DNA of 64,000 nucleotides, taken from the NCBI GenBank assembly GCA_963692865.2, contig OY843592.1, positions 2,816,001 through 2,880,000 on the forward strand, given 5' to 3'. The translations under genes and the position numbers were made by a program. Below, one piece after another: positions 62,629-64,000 of this stretch. The stretch is from a bacterium. Its GTDB lineage: Bacteria > UBA8248. Position 1 is the first letter of the stretch; every line of letters starts with the position of its first letter. The notes under the pieces are model-generated. The model was not told the origin of the DNA and made no database searches. It saw only the letters and a list, made by a program, of their open reading frames with translations.

Positions 62629-63402
62629 ATGATTATCGACACGGACCGTCTGGATGATTACGACATCATCGACTTGAGCCACCCCTGGGGGCATGGCGCT
62701 CCGCTTTGGCCCTACTTCCCGGATCTGAAGATCGAAAGGTTCCACTACCACGCCAAGAGTCAGGTACTGAGCCAGCAGATCACCACGTTCATGCACTGCA
62801 CCACCCACACCGACGCGCCCGCGCACGTCATCGAGGGGATGCCGTTCATGGACGAAGTGCCGCTCAGGAGCTATTTCGGCAACGCGGTTTGCGTGGACAT
62901 TCCCAAGGACGAATGGGAAGTGATTACGCCCGAAGACCTCGAAAACGCGAGACCGGAGATTCGCCCGGGCGACATCGTCATCGTTCACACCGGGTGGCAC
63001 CGTTACTACGGCGACAACACCAAATACTTCATCTATTCCCCCGGTCTCTACAAGGAGGCGGGCGAATGGTTCGTGGAGCGCGGGGTGAAGGGCGTGGGCG
63101 TGGACCAGCAGGCGCTCGACCACCCGCTGGGGACGAAAATCGCGTGGGGGCCACAGCCCATCTGTCCGTTCACTCTCGAGGAATACGAGCAACGCTTCGA
63201 CCGCCCCACGAGCGAGGCTTTCCCCGATTGGGAGCCTTGCCACCGCGCGCTTCTGGGAAACGGCATCGTCGGTTTCGAAAACGTGGGGGGAGACATCGAC
63301 AAGGTCGTGGGCAAACGATTCGCGCTGGCCGCATTTCCCTGGCGATGGACGGGCGGCGACGGCTGTATCGTAAGGATGGTCGCGTTTTTACCGAAAGACT
63401 AG
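62629..63402 (+). CDS. Cyclase family (kynurenine formamidase-like) metal hydrolase
   Basis: DLSHP, HCTTHTDAPAH, HTGW, GFENV. Confidence 0.88.
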   Translation: MIIDTDRLDDYDIIDLSHPWGHGAPLWPYFPDLKIERFHYHAKSQVLSQQITTFMHCTTHTDAPAHVIEGMPFMDEVPLRSYFGNAVCVDIPKDEWEVITPEDLENARPEIRPGDIVIVHTGWHRYYGDNTKYFIYSPGLYKEAGEWFVERGVKGVGVDQQALDHPLGTKIAWGPQPICPFTLEEYEQRFDRPTSEAFPDWEPCHRALLGNGIVGFENVGGDIDKVVGKRFALAAFPWRWTGGDGCIVRMVAFLPKD

Positions 63403-63731
63403 CCCGCGGCCACCGGTTCGGGTTTTTTCTTCTCGGTCTGCTTCGAGGTTGCGCCGTTTGCGGCCACCGTCTCTTTTTTCTCGGTGGATTTGCTCTCAGA
63501 TTTCGAATCGGAAACGGGGCTCTGGGAGTCCTTCTCCTTGCTCTTGCCGTTCGAGGCGTAATCGGTCACATACCAGCCGTCGCCTTTGAGGTGGAAGGCG
63601 GAGCGGGAGATTTTGCGTCTGAGTCTGAGCGCGCCGCAACTCGGGCACTTCCTGAGCGCGCCAGCCCCCATTCTCTGGATTGCTTCGTGCTCGTCTCCAC
63701 ATGCGCTGCATTCATACTCGTAAATCGGCAC
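63399..63731 (-). CDS. FmdB-family zinc-ribbon protein
   Basis: MPIYEYECSACG...CPSCG...FHLKGDGWYVTDY. Confidence 0.9.
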   Translation of the reverse strand: MPIYEYECSACGDEHEAIQRMGAGALRKCPSCGALRLRRKISRSAFHLKGDGWYVTDYASNGKSKEKDSQSPVSDSKSESKSTEKKETVAANGATSKQTEKKKPEPVAAG

Positions 63732-63750
63732 TTCTCGTTTCTCCTCGTCG

Positions 63751-64000
63751 TTAAATGAAGGTCAGCCACTCGAGCTTGCTCTCGTCGCGCCCGTTCACGA
63801 TCTCGAAAAATGCGGACTGGATTCTCTTCGTCACCGGGCCGGGCTCTCCCGCACCGATGGTTCTGCCGTCCACCTCCCGGATGGGAGTCACCTCGGCCGC
63901 CGTGCCCGTGAAGAATGCCTCATCCGCCACGTAGACTTCATCGCGTGCGAAGGGGGCGACCTGCAACTCCACGCCCTGCTCATCGGCGAGTTGAACGACT
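63751..64000 (-). CDS. ilvE: Branched-chain amino acid aminotransferase, 3' part (truncated by window edge)
   Basis: ADEAFFTGTAAEVTPIREVD, GPVT. Confidence 0.88.
   Translation of the reverse strand, partial: VVQLADEQGVELQVAPFARDEVYVADEAFFTGTAAEVTPIREVDGRTIGAGEPGPVTKRIQSAFFEIVNGRDESKLEWLTFI

Overview
GC-rich bacterial chromosomal window from a Gram-negative organism. The gene order (argH-lysA-dapF, dapL-folK-panC, split F0 operon followed by rex, ilvBN-psd-pssA) resembles Nitrospinota/Desulfobacterota-type genomes; this is inference only. The left half (1-32 kb, mostly minus strand) has a PIN toxin-antitoxin pair, a panC-TPR-TPR-exbB-exbD-tonB-maoC operon, Lys/Arg/folate genes, and accessory genes: a membrane-anchored ferredoxin fusion, a PD-(D/E)xK nuclease, an ECF sigma cassette, an MFS transporter, an atypical Fic protein and katG. 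Many of its intergenic spaces hold mosaics of several palindromic repeat families bounded by IS-like inverted ends, and one mosaic keeps a 9-bp target duplication. The right half (32-64 kb, mostly plus strand) is compact housekeeping DNA in which I saw no such repeats: atp F0 genes, rex, tsaB, duplicated ilvB/ilvN, psd/pssA, lptD, ugd, uxs, gmhA, purBCSQLF, mltD-bamD-sigma70-pgsA-plsY, tRNA-Leu(CAA), a Cys8 zinc finger, a cyclase, FmdB and partial ilvE. No CRISPR array, rRNA, integrase or transposase gene was seen. Best candidates for novelty are the REP-carrying non-autonomous elements, the ferredoxin-linker-TM-periplasmic fusion, and the receptor-less TonB system with two giant TPR proteins. 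All calls come from reading the sequence by eye; no searches were run.
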